DNA of 64,000 nt from Coniocarpon cinnabarinum (Eukaryota), in assembly GCA_051942205.1 (NCBI GenBank), contig JAVECO010000102.1, positions 1 through 64,000 of the forward strand. Direction: 5' to 3'. Of the stretch, positions 26,076 to 36,682 are shown piece after piece. Within the stretch, counting starts at the first letter, position 1; the number at the start of each line of letters is the position of its first letter. The notes beneath the pieces are model-generated. The model saw nothing but the letters and a program-made list of their open reading frames with translations. It ran no database searches and was not told the DNA's origin. Position numbers and translations under genes: made by a program.

Positions 26076-27285
26076 CTACCTATCGCGAGGGTGCTCTTGC
26101 CAATCGACATGCACGCATTCTCTCGCCTCAATTTTCTGCACGGCCTTCAAAACCTCACCACCACCCGCCGCAAGCAAACGTCCAGCAACGTCCACTCCCA
26201 ATTCCTCGGCATCGGCATCACTATCAACACAGGCCGAAGCGTGATATCTCACTTCATCCAAACCACTCGGAGTCACCACGACGCCTCCCAGCTCCAGTAC
26301 ATGTACCTGACTGCAGTCTGCTGTATTAATCGCACTCTCGCTTTGCTCCCTCCACCGCGAATGCGACCACACGCCAACAGGTGACGAACAACCCCCTTGC
26401 AGCGTTCGTAAGAGCGCTCGTTCTGCGAGACATTGCAACCTCGTTTCTGTATGATCCAGCGGACGCATCAACGCACGTGTCGATTCGTCTGAAGTGCGAA
26501 TTTGGACGGTCAATGCCCCTTGACCTGCTGCGTAAGGGAATTCAGTAGCAGAGAGGTACGCAGTGATGCGGTGCTCGAGACCCATGCGGCGAAGACCCGC
26601 AGCCGCAAGGATGACGCATGAATACTGTGAATTCGAGGCGTCTAGTTTGGCGAGTCTTGTGTCACTGCGTGAAAGGCTCAGCTCGTCAATGTCAAGTTGT
26701 CAAGTTCAGACTCGTCAGATTGGGCAGAATGGAGAGAAGGATGACTTACACATTTCCCCTGCACTCCTGCACCACTAATTCAGGGTAATGTCGTCTCATC
26801 AATGCCTTCCGTCTAATCGCACTGGTACCGACGACAAATCCCTCGGGTAACTCATTGAGACTGCGATACGGGAGATCGTATCGCATGACGAGCGCATCTC
26901 GGGGATCTTCTCGTTTCACGTAGGCAGCCAGCGTCGTATCCTCTGGCAATAGCGTTGGTAAGTCTTTCAAACTATGAACCACGGCGTCCAGGTCGCGCGA
27001 TATCAATTTCTCGTCGAGCTCGTGCGTCCAGAGATCTTTGGCGAGGTCTGAGCCTTGTTTTAGTGTTGTATTTGGAGCTCCGTTTGGATTTGAGATCATC
27101 TGTAGAAATGGAGATTGTTTGTCGGCATCGCCTCTCACCTGGATGGGTTCGAGGCGGATTTTTAGCTCTGGTGCAGTGGTGGTGAGGAACTCTTTAATGA
27201 TATTACATTGGGTCAGTGCGAGTTTGGAGTTACGCGTTCCGAGAATGAGCTCATGTCTAGCGTTGACGTTGAGAGAGCTGCTCAT
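26076..27285 (-). CDS. HEM3: Porphobilinogen deaminase (hydroxymethylbilane synthase), divergent type
   Basis: GTRNSKLALTQ, VHSLKDLPT, REDPRD, GTSAIRR, RGNV|DTRLAKLD, ILAAAGL, GQGAL, LQGGCSSP (cofactor-binding Cys). One intron at about 26666-26749. Confidence 0.9.
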
Positions 27286-28221
27286 ATCTCCGTCGATAGC
27301 TTTTAGACTCGCGTTACGAATTTGGCGATTGTTTCATGTAGTCTGTACATGAGATTCCTGAAACGACGATATTGTGGGGTGTTGTGACGATCTCTGGGTA
27401 GTGGAAACGGTGGAAACTGTGGAGAAAGGCGTTGAGATTAGTACGACCGGATGGTAGAGTTGGATATCTTGCCGTCTTTAAGCGGGTGATGATCGCACAG
27501 TCGGATCCTGAATCTCCACCTTCACGTGCCATGTCCAAACCCAATGGTCATGATTTCATCCCCCGGACCACGCCTGAACGTGAACACCGGACTGCGATCC
27601 TGACTCTCAACACAGATGAGAGGCAATTCTGACTCAGGAGTTAGCACCACATGCGTGCAATTAGAGTTGTCTCTATCAAGTAGACGGACTTGCGCCCCAG
27701 ACATGTTTTTCAAGTCTTTATCGGCAATTTGACAGCAAATGGGGATGTGGGAAATTTCAAAATCTGGACGGTCTCGCAGTTGATAAAGTCTCATTTCCAT
27801 CGTGACATTCTCTAAAAACTATGTTGACTCACGCTCAGCGGTATGGGAACGGCATTTGTCGCTGTCATGCTGGCGTCCAGAATACGGATTGCCTGATACT
27901 GATTCTGATCCGACATTTTCAACAAACGGCTAGGATTGCGAGCTCTGAGGCCTGTGAGGGTTTCAAGCCTCCTGGCAATTTGCCTGAGCGAGAGCGTCAA
28001 CTTACCAGCATTTCACGCACTTACCTCTAGCTTTGGAGGATGTGTGTCTTCGCGAGATGGCAACGCAATAGCAATGCCTTGAGTTTGAGAACACGAGGCA
28101 CATAGGCGCAACAAAAGGTCCTGCACCCGCTCGTTGCTATGCCGTGTTTACAAACGCCGGAACATTCAATTCAGGGATGTGCAGAGCTCTCTAGCCCCTG
28201 TCAGACTGTTGCCTAACCGGC

Positions 28222-29152
28222 TCACTTCGGGAACCTCCGTGCAAGGTTCTTGAGTGTCTGACCAGCCTTGCTACCTGCACTTCCTACAGCTGGCGAGGGG
28301 CTACGTCGGGGGCTCGCGGTCCTTGATCCGGGCTGCAGCGAGGAGCTCGAGGCTTTCTTGCTGAGGGAGCTCATATGTCTGGGGCTTGAGGCCCCGCTCC
28401 CACCGAATCCGCCTCTGCCGCGCCAACTTCCCACGAGACTTCGTCCGGATGCAGCGGATTTTGTACTTTCCCCATCGTCTGATGCGGCTTCTTTCGGGGC
28501 TTTGCCTGACTTGGTGGACGAGGATTCGCTCTTCTCGGACGAAGTCTTGGACTTTGCGGAGCCACTTGTAGAGCCTCTCCCTTTTTTGGCATCCTAGAAG
28601 CAAAAAAGTTAGAGCGGCGTCGGTTGGGCTGAGGATGGCATCCACAGGGTTGGGCTTGCTAAAGGGGCTGCAAGACAGAGCCAAGGGGTATACGTAAAGC
28701 TCTCAACGTACCTCCCAGTCTTCCTTGCTGCAGAGAATGTGAACATTTGTGAGTCTTGGCTGTTTGCATTTCTCGTCCGGGAATAGGTCCGCATTCATGT
28801 GGCATCGCGGCTCCGATGAGCTGGAGTGCGGAGCATCACTGCGATTTGAGTAAGTTCCGGAGCAGTCTTGGAGTCTTGCACAATCGTATTGGACCGTTCA
28901 GCTAACAGACACAAACAATGCCGGCGGTTCAAGATTGACTCGCATCACATGGTACGAGAATGCAGCCTTGCTACAAATCAGGGAAACTCACGTAAGCTCA
29001 GCACCTCTGGTTTTCTCCCGGATCTCGTCATCCAGCTCGCTACTGGAATTGAGATAGTCCGCTACCTGTTCTTTGCACCATTGTCTTCCACTCCGATTCT
29101 TGAGCTTTAGGATAAACGAGACCTTGATATCTTGACTTGTGAAGAAAACCAT
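28222..29152 (-). CDS. Hypothetical spliced protein with a His-containing N-terminal domain and Ser/Lys-rich tail
   Basis: Introns gtgagt...cgcag and gtacgt...ctaac...ctag join in frame: GAELT|DAPHSSSSEPRCHMNADLF...NVHILCSKEDWE|DAKKGRGSTSG...LARRFPK*. The first exon/start is less certain. Confidence 0.55.
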
Positions 29153-30492
29153 GGCGGTGTGATGATATTGGCTGCCGGCTATCAATCGGAAACTGGAGCG
29201 TTTGGAGCGTTTGGAGTGTTTGGTATAAGATATGGGTTGTTATGCAGTACTGGTGAATGTTTGAGACTGCTGAGCCATGTAGGTGCTGCATGGGCGATTT
29301 ATATGCATGTTTTGCAAGAGAACACCTTGCGTCGCCCATTCCGACATGTTGATTGCTTTGACCACACGTGAACATGACAGATTGTAGCAGTGACCGAGGA
29401 TTAAGGTCTGAACACCTTTGTGTGAAGTAGAGCAAGAGCCACGAAGAGCACAATACTGACTACCCAGGACGACGGTCGCGATAAAACACATCTTGAAACC
29501 TAGTAGTTAGTGTTACTTGATGATGTAAAGACGCCGGAAACGGGGAAACACGAGGGTAAATGATCTTTCCAAATGGGTGTGAGATCATTTTTGCAGAGCA
29601 TCTAGCCATGGTGGCCTACAATGCCTTTGCACTAGCAATAAATGTGGACGTGTGCATCTCGCAGTGGGCAGAGCAATGTTCGAAAACGTCGTATGTCCCG
29701 GCTGGCGCTTAGTAGAAAACCCACGGAAGCCCGTCGTTCACAAGATCAGCGCTCAAGTGGACGCATTGTACCCACGCCATATGAGTCACAGCCCCCACGG
29801 CTCGTAAGGCATAAGGTATGTTGTTTCGTCGAGTCTTGCAACCTCTGCAACCGCTTGTACGTAAAGTAGGCGGGTGTCCGCGCACGGATAGTCCCAAGGC
29901 CAGAGAGCATCGACCGAAACCTTAGCTCCTGCGCGTCGTGTCGGTGCACCCGCCTCGGTAGGGCCAAAGATCATTGCGCACGGGAATTGTTCAGATCACG
30001 GCAGATTCGTTCGTGCACGTTCGGGTTAAGCGTTGTGGGGCCGCATACCAGATCTGACCTAGCGGCGACGGGGGCGGCGAGGCGGAAGCCTACTACTACG
30101 CCTCGCCCCCTGAGACCACGATATGTTGTCCGCACGCGGCTCCGCATATAATGTGACAACTGACATATGCCGAGCACACGCGGTCCAAATCTTTGCCTTC
30201 AGGCAACTGTAATGTAGTCTTATGCTAATGTGAAAAGCTCGACCTGGATCTGTTGGGTCGGTGAAGGCTGGAGGTGGCCCGCCCCTATGATTGAATATGT
30301 GGCCATCTGTTGAGTCGCCTTGTCGCCTGTGACCTCAGTGGTCCGCATTCTCCTCAGCAAAATACGTGTCTTGTGTGTATCTAGCTATACGTGTCTCCAG
30401 AAGTGCTCTTGATTCGCGTTGCGACGTCCACGTGCCGCCAGGGTCTCAAATTAGCAGCAAGGCACACGAGCTCATTTCTACTGTGTCATCCT

Positions 30493-32131
30493 ATGATTCT
30501 ACGACGCGGTCTGGTTGTAGGCGCTCGCACACTGGTATGCCGGCGCGGCGTGCCATCTATGCGACGAATGGCCTGCGTTACACAAGCACCAACTCCTGAC
30601 GCGTCCGACAACAATCCATCACCACGCTTCAAGCAGCCAGGTCTTTGTGTGCCATCAGAGTGGCGAGAGAAATACAAACCTGGGGGCTTTCATCCCATCG
30701 ATCTTGGCGACACTCTCAATGGTGGCCGTTACAAAATCGTTCGAAAATTGGGATATGGGTCTTTCTCTACCGTGTGGCTCGCCCAAGATCAGCGGTAAGA
30801 ATACGCGTCACAACCGAGAATTTGAACTAGGTCAAGACGTTTTTCTCATAAATTGAGAGGCTTTACTGACATCATTTGAAGCACCACTGAGCAGAAGTAC
30901 GCCGCTATCAAAGTTGGAGCCGCAACTGCAAATGATGAGTTCAACTACGAGCTTTCCACTTACACTAGAGTCCAGCAGCCTCTCGGGACCGGAGAGTACA
31001 CGTCAGGTACAAGGCTGGTCAAGCTTATAGATGACTTCGTCGAGGAAGGCGTCAATGGCAAGCATCAGTGTCTTGTATTTGACGTCATGGGTCCACCTTT
31101 GTCCAGTCTTCTAAGGTATCCCGCAGAATACAAGGGCATGAGTGTTCAGGCACGCAAAGATAGGCGGCTCCCGCTCTGGTTGGCGAAACGGGCTGTGAAG
31201 TGTCTTGTGTATGGAGCTCACGAGCTGCATACTCATGGCATTGCCCATGGAGACTTGCATCCAGGTAACGTTTTGCTCCGGGTGCAAGATCTGTGTCAGG
31301 TGCGTCAAGAGGAGCTGATGCAAACGGTCACGAATGATAAGATGGATTACGAGAAACTTGAAAGACTCGACGGCAAGAGCGACTCTTCTGCGCCGGAATA
31401 TTTGGTCAGGTCGTTATCTCTGAATGACTGGGTTGACTTCAGTTCAGAGGGGATGGGTGTGAAGATCGGCGATGTCGGCGGTGGTATGGTATCAAATGCG
31501 CACTGTTACGAGAATCCTCGCTAATGGACCTGTAGCGTTTCCGTTCTCGAAACCGCCAGTGGAGATAGAAACACCCGCGGGTTTCCGATGTCCAGAAACA
31601 GTACTTAATCTTAAGATAGACGAGAAGATCGATATCTGGAGTTTGGGCTGCTTGATATTTGAAGTCTTTACACAGTCAGCATCACTGTCCTCTTGCTTCC
31701 GATACTCACATGTTGACCGAAGTTCTTCCAGGAAAGCACTATTCATGATCGATCCCTTCTTTGAAGTTGGATCCGAGGATTTCATTGACGACTGCATGAT
31801 CAACTACGTCGATCGACTGGGCCCACTGCCCGACTTTATAGCCAAAAGATGGGACAATCGCGATTACTATTACGACGCGGAATGGACCAAGATTCGCACA
31901 AACGTCGAACCGGATGAGGACGAGGAAGAAGCCGAGGGAGAGGAGCTTCTGCTTCATGAGAGCCTTGAGGAGGATTTCATGAAGGCAAAGTCTCCAGAGA
32001 TGGGCAATGACGAAGCTGAGCAAATCATCACCCTTTTGAAGAGTCTGCTCAGGTATCATGCTAGCGAACGACTGAGCACCTCGCAAATCCTGGAGAATCC
32101 ATGGGTCTCGAGTCTTTCAACATCCCAATAG
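30493..32131 (+). CDS. SRPK-like (CMGC) serine/threonine protein kinase
   Basis: YKPGGFHPIDLGD, RKLGYGSFSTVWLA, AIKV, HQCLVFDVMGP, HGDLHPGN, KIGDVG, FRCPE, DIWSLGC. Three introns. Start inferred. Confidence 0.88.
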
Positions 32132-32793
32132 CAGGCAGAGGTGAATGGGCAGATAGGAGTCTGAACAGAATGCGCTGCAAGTGCGGCTCTTGTAATATAC
32201 CCGTAGATAGACAAAAGCACCCTACTCCGAGATACACGACTTCACGGTATCAGCCACCTTATAATTTCAAGCCTTATGATTCGAACTGGTTCATATGATG
32301 CATAGCAGGGCAGAAAGCGGTCTTGAGGTCGAGAGTGATCATGCAAAGCGGAATTGCAAGTAGTGATGCAAACAAGCCAGTAATGTCTCGCATCATTGGC
32401 AGCCTAGTCACACCACACGCGTGACGAGAATCGGTCTGCCCCATAACCAGAAGGACGCCATGTTTTGGAAGTTTGGTTGGCTGCTTCTCCAAGCCTCAGG
32501 GCAATCTTGTTCAGCACGAATAATGTACAGGCAAGGAAAGAGATTCCGGTTCATGAGGAGATGATCCGTATGAATACATCAATCGTGGTAGAACGGTCGA
32601 GATATATTGATCATAGCTCAACGTGGAAATCGTATCGGAATACTTCACACCGTTGAAGCGTCTGCATAGACGCGTGACACATCACTTCATTCCTCCTCTC
32701 TCATTGTGCTTACATCTTGAACCAAGCGCTTGAACGGTGCTTGAGATTCATGGCAACCCCTGTATCAAAGCTGGCGACTACCAGCGCTAGGGC

Positions 32794-35700
32794 TTACTGC
32801 CCACTAATGCGTCCCTCCACAAACTCCAAAGCCGTCTCTCGACTCACATCCACAATCTCACTTGTCTTGTTGCCACGATACACAACGCCATAACACTTCT
32901 CCGCTACATGTAACATCTCCGCCCTAAATGTCGTACAAATGAACTGCCCTGTCTTACTGCTCTCCTTGAGCAACTCCGCGACAGCCGTGCGATACTGTGC
33001 ATCGAGGTTGGCGTCAATCTCATCGAAAAGATAGAAAGGCGCGGGATCGCAGGCTTGAATTGCGAACACGAGAGCCAGAGCACAAAGCGATTTCTGACCT
33101 CCTGACAGTTGCTGGATGCGCTGCTGTTCATCATGAGTACTGTTGAAGGACACAGCAATGCCAACACCGGTATAGTTCTCCACGCTGCTGGCACGACGGC
33201 GTTCCGCGTCGGTATCGCTTTCGTCCTCATCAGCTTGTGCCGAGCGCGGATCGGCCTTGCGCTGAATAATGAGGCGGCCCTTGCCCGCAGGGACGAGTTT
33301 CTGAAAAACGGTAGCGAATTCCTTGGAAACCTGCTTGAAGGTGCGCTCAATGGCTTCGTCTTTGCGTTGGTCGAGCACATTAATGAGATCAGTGATGGAA
33401 CCTTGTGAGTCGTCGAGCTCTTTGCGGCGTTTTTGTAGTTCAGTCCGCTGGCGAGTGAAATTGGTGTACTGCTCGAAAGCTTTCTTGTTCACGTGGCTGT
33501 ACTTCTTCAGAGCTTCGTGGACTGCATGCAGGCGCTTGATGGCTTTGTCGCTGGAGACACGCGTGTATTTACTCTCGAAGGCCTCTTCTGGAAGAACGCC
33601 CAGGTCTCGGATATTATGAGCCGCTTCAGTGGCTTTCTCAGAGAGAAGCGTTTTCTTGGCGATGGACTTGTCCATTTTCTTCTGAAAACGTTCAATGCCA
33701 CGAGCGAGCTCTTCCAATTCGCGCTGCTTGTCGTCGCGTTGGCGCTGAACGGTAGCAAGCTCTTCATTGGCGGCCTCAATGGACTGTTCGACCTCCAGTA
33801 ATCGGGCATCAATAGTATCAACCGATTTCGTGATCTTCTTAAGATCCTTTTGGCGGGCCTGCAGCGCGTTAGAGGTACCAGAGCCACCTTCGAACTCGAA
33901 TCCTTGAGTTTTGAGCTGAGCTAGACGTGGTCGTAGATTTTCTCGCAGCTCCACATCCATGTTGGATTTTTGACTCTCAAGATCTGCGCGTTTTGAGCTG
34001 ATCTCAAGATGCTGTTTGTTCAATTTTGGGAGTAAATCATTTAAACGCTGCAGCTCTGCCTCTTCCGCATTTGACAGTGCTTTCTTAAAGTCACTGGCAA
34101 GCTCAGCCTCATACGCAGATTGCTGATCCTCTGTCTCACGGTAGAGGTCCTCGACCTTCTCTTTAGCCAGGCGTTTTGAATCGAGAGCGTTATTCTTGTT
34201 TTGTAAATCACTCTCCCGGGCTCGCATTTCCTGCTGCTTAGGCTCGTAGCCGCGTTCCGCTTGGCGGGCCCTCTGCTCGGCTTTCTCGAACTCGCCGACG
34301 GCACGCGTTATCTCTTGATCCTTCGACGTCAATTGCTGTCGAATATCATTCAAGCGTCCTCGCTGCTTGTCTAGCTCATCCCGGTGCTTGACGAGATTGT
34401 GGACGCCATCAATGCGTGAACTTCGGGGGTCATGATAGCCACCTGACAAGGCGCCCTTCTTGTCGCTACGATCACCATCAGGAGTGATGGCATTAACACT
34501 GTGACTTCGTGCATATTGGGCTGCGACTTCGAGGTTTGGACAGATAATCGTCTTCCCAAACACTTGACGGAATGCCTTTTCGTATTTGGCATCGAAGTTG
34601 AGACGCGATATCATTGCAATTGCATCGTTAGCCTGTGGTAAATCGGCTTGCTTAGGGTTGAGGCGATTCAGTGGCATGAAGGTCACGCGCCCAGCTCGCT
34701 CCTTTTGCAGGATCTCGAGGACCTGAGTGGCTGTCTCGTCGTTGTCGACTACGACATGGAATAGGGACGTGCCGCCAGTTACCTCAACCGAAGTCTTGAA
34801 CTTGTCTGAGACAGTGAAGAGTTCCGCCAGAGGGCCATAGACACCATCAAGATTGTGTTCCTGCTTTATGCGGCGAACGGCAGCCAGACCTCTGCTTGTG
34901 TTTCGGTCCATCATTCTGTTGAGAAAGTCCTCCGCAATTTTGTATTCTTGCTGTGTGTTGCGGAGCACCGTATCAAGGCGCGCTTCTTCGCGCCAAAATT
35001 CTTTGCGCTGGTCTTGGAGGGCATTGCGATTCTCTTTGGCTTTTTGAACTGAATCGTAATGCTTCTGCATCGTCTCGCCACGATGCTCGAACTCCTCTCG
35101 CAACGATGAGATCTCGTTCACAGCCTTCTTGATATCTGACTCAAGTGCCTGAATGTCTTCAATAGTCTGTGTTCGTACTGCTTTACGCGTTGCCAGAGCT
35201 GTGTTGTTTTCGTCAATCTCCTTTTGCAGCCATTTGTCGCGTTCATTTTTTGTCTTGAATCTTGCGTTTCGACCCTCCTTCGTTGATAGACGCTGCTGCT
35301 TGGCTTTGGTATCCATCACTTGTGATTTAATGGATTTTTCCTGCTCGCGAATTTTGTTGTACTCTGGCATTAGCTTCTGCAGAGCTGACTCACGCTCTCC
35401 AATTGTAGACTGAACGTGCTGCAAGTCCTGCTCGAACTGGGTGCGCGATTGCTGAGCAGCAGACTGGCCAGCAGAGAGGTTCTGAACCTCCAGCTCAATG
35501 TTGGCTTTCTGTTTGGCGGCGTCTTTCTTCTCATCCTGATGCTGCTTTCTGTCTAGCCCGAGCAACTCCAAGCGCTGACGTATCCGCCCAATCTCTTCCT
35601 CAAGCTGCTGCTTGTCCTGCTCGCCTTGCTGGAATCGGTCGCGATTTGCGTCATTCTCGTCTACGCCATTTACCCGCAAGTTGTCGATTTCTTCGAGTGC

Positions 35701-36411
35701 TCGGTTGATCTCTTCCTGCTCACGGTTGTATATGGTGTACTCCAGGCAGCGTCGCTCTCGATCCTTGTCTTGGTACGCCCGTAGCTCTTCTTTTTCCTCC
35801 TCCAACTCTTCTAAGCGCCCTCGTATTGTCGTCAGAAGTTCATCGATCTTCGCCCGCTTAGAGTCGGTCTCATTCATAATCTTCAGACTCTCAGCGCGGC
35901 GGTTCTCGTACACTTGCGTTCCTGCAACTTCTTTTAGGAGATTCAAACGCTCGGGATCCTTCATATTCGTCAAAGTCGTCACGCGTCCTTGTGGCACGAT
36001 GTAGTAAGGATTTGACTTGGAGAATCCTGCCGACTCAAGGAGGTTCATTACATCTTGCTTGGTCGCATTCTTGCGGTCCAACGAGTATTCATCTTTCTTT
36101 TGACCTATGGTCCTCCTTAATATGAGCTCGTCTTTGCCAGTTGGGAACCGCTCATCACTGTTGTCGAAAATGACCTCAACGTAGGCCGACATGACTGCAG
36201 AACCTGATCCCTCATGGAGCAGGTTTTGGCGGTCTTCTCGACTGAGAGAAGTGTAAGAGTCGCCCAGGGCGAAACGAATAGCGGCAAAAAAGTTGCTCTT
36301 TCCTGACCCATTGCGACCAACGATGACATTGTGCTTGGGTGAAAAAGGTTCAAGAATCGTCTGGTCCTTGTAACTCTTGAAGCCCTGGATGATGATCTGT
36401 TTGATATACAT
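32794..36411 (-). CDS. SMC3: Cohesin SMC subunit Smc3 (SudA)
   Basis: MYIKQIIIQGFKSY, GRNGSGKSN (Walker A), hinge GRVTFMPLNRL, LSGGQKS, FDEIDANLD. 1205-aa intronless ORF. Confidence 0.97.
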   Translation of the reverse strand: MYIKQIIIQGFKSYKDQTILEPFSPKHNVIVGRNGSGKSNFFAAIRFALGDSYTSLSREDRQNLLHEGSGSAVMSAYVEVIFDNSDERFPTGKDELILRRTIGQKKDEYSLDRKNATKQDVMNLLESAGFSKSNPYYIVPQGRVTTLTNMKDPERLNLLKEVAGTQVYENRRAESLKIMNETDSKRAKIDELLTTIRGRLEELEEEKEELRAYQDKDRERRCLEYTIYNREQEEINRALEEIDNLRVNGVDENDANRDRFQQGEQDKQQLEEEIGRIRQRLELLGLDRKQHQDEKKDAAKQKANIELEVQNLSAGQSAAQQSRTQFEQDLQHVQSTIGERESALQKLMPEYNKIREQEKSIKSQVMDTKAKQQRLSTKEGRNARFKTKNERDKWLQKEIDENNTALATRKAVRTQTIEDIQALESDIKKAVNEISSLREEFEHRGETMQKHYDSVQKAKENRNALQDQRKEFWREEARLDTVLRNTQQEYKIAEDFLNRMMDRNTSRGLAAVRRIKQEHNLDGVYGPLAELFTVSDKFKTSVEVTGGTSLFHVVVDNDETATQVLEILQKERAGRVTFMPLNRLNPKQADLPQANDAIAMISRLNFDAKYEKAFRQVFGKTIICPNLEVAAQYARSHSVNAITPDGDRSDKKGALSGGYHDPRSSRIDGVHNLVKHRDELDKQRGRLNDIRQQLTSKDQEITRAVGEFEKAEQRARQAERGYEPKQQEMRARESDLQNKNNALDSKRLAKEKVEDLYRETEDQQSAYEAELASDFKKALSNAEEAELQRLNDLLPKLNKQHLEISSKRADLESQKSNMDVELRENLRPRLAQLKTQGFEFEGGSGTSNALQARQKDLKKITKSVDTIDARLLEVEQSIEAANEELATVQRQRDDKQRELEELARGIERFQKKMDKSIAKKTLLSEKATEAAHNIRDLGVLPEEAFESKYTRVSSDKAIKRLHAVHEALKKYSHVNKKAFEQYTNFTRQRTELQKRRKELDDSQGSITDLINVLDQRKDEAIERTFKQVSKEFATVFQKLVPAGKGRLIIQRKADPRSAQADEDESDTDAERRRASSVENYTGVGIAVSFNSTHDEQQRIQQLSGGQKSLCALALVFAIQACDPAPFYLFDEIDANLDAQYRTAVAELLKESSKTGQFICTTFRAEMLHVAEKCYGVVYRGNKTSEIVDVSRETALEFVEGRISGQ

Positions 36412-36555
36412 CGCGAAAGTTCACACGGGGATCATAGAGCAAGACTAAGAAAAGCCACAGTGCCACTCTGCATGGCCTGCAAGGTTGCAATGTCAGGCAC
36501 AGTGATTGTACTCCCTGTATTTCAGAGTCAGTATGAGATGAACTAAGTCGCGAAG

Positions 36556-36576
36556 ACGCGTTCTTTGGAGACGCGT
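36556..36576. promoter_or_regulatory. Two MCB boxes (ACGCGT) in the SMC3/RIO1 divergent promoter
   Basis: acgcgt at 36556-36561 and 36571-36576, about 150 bp upstream of SMC3. Cohesin genes are known MBF targets in yeasts. Confidence 0.6.
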
Positions 36577-36682
36577 TGTGACATTGTTGCCTGATATTCC
36601 AGGCTCTAGGCTTCCATAAAGCAGATACCCGAACAATTCGATTCTTTACTCCCTTAGTGGTCGTGCACTACACTATATAAGT

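Noticed and set aside
29885..30030. Hammerhead, RNase MRP or telomerase-template matches within the hairpin region
   Set aside because: There is no CTGANGA core, gatagtccc is not the MRP consensus, and taacccgaa mismatches the TTAGGG template.
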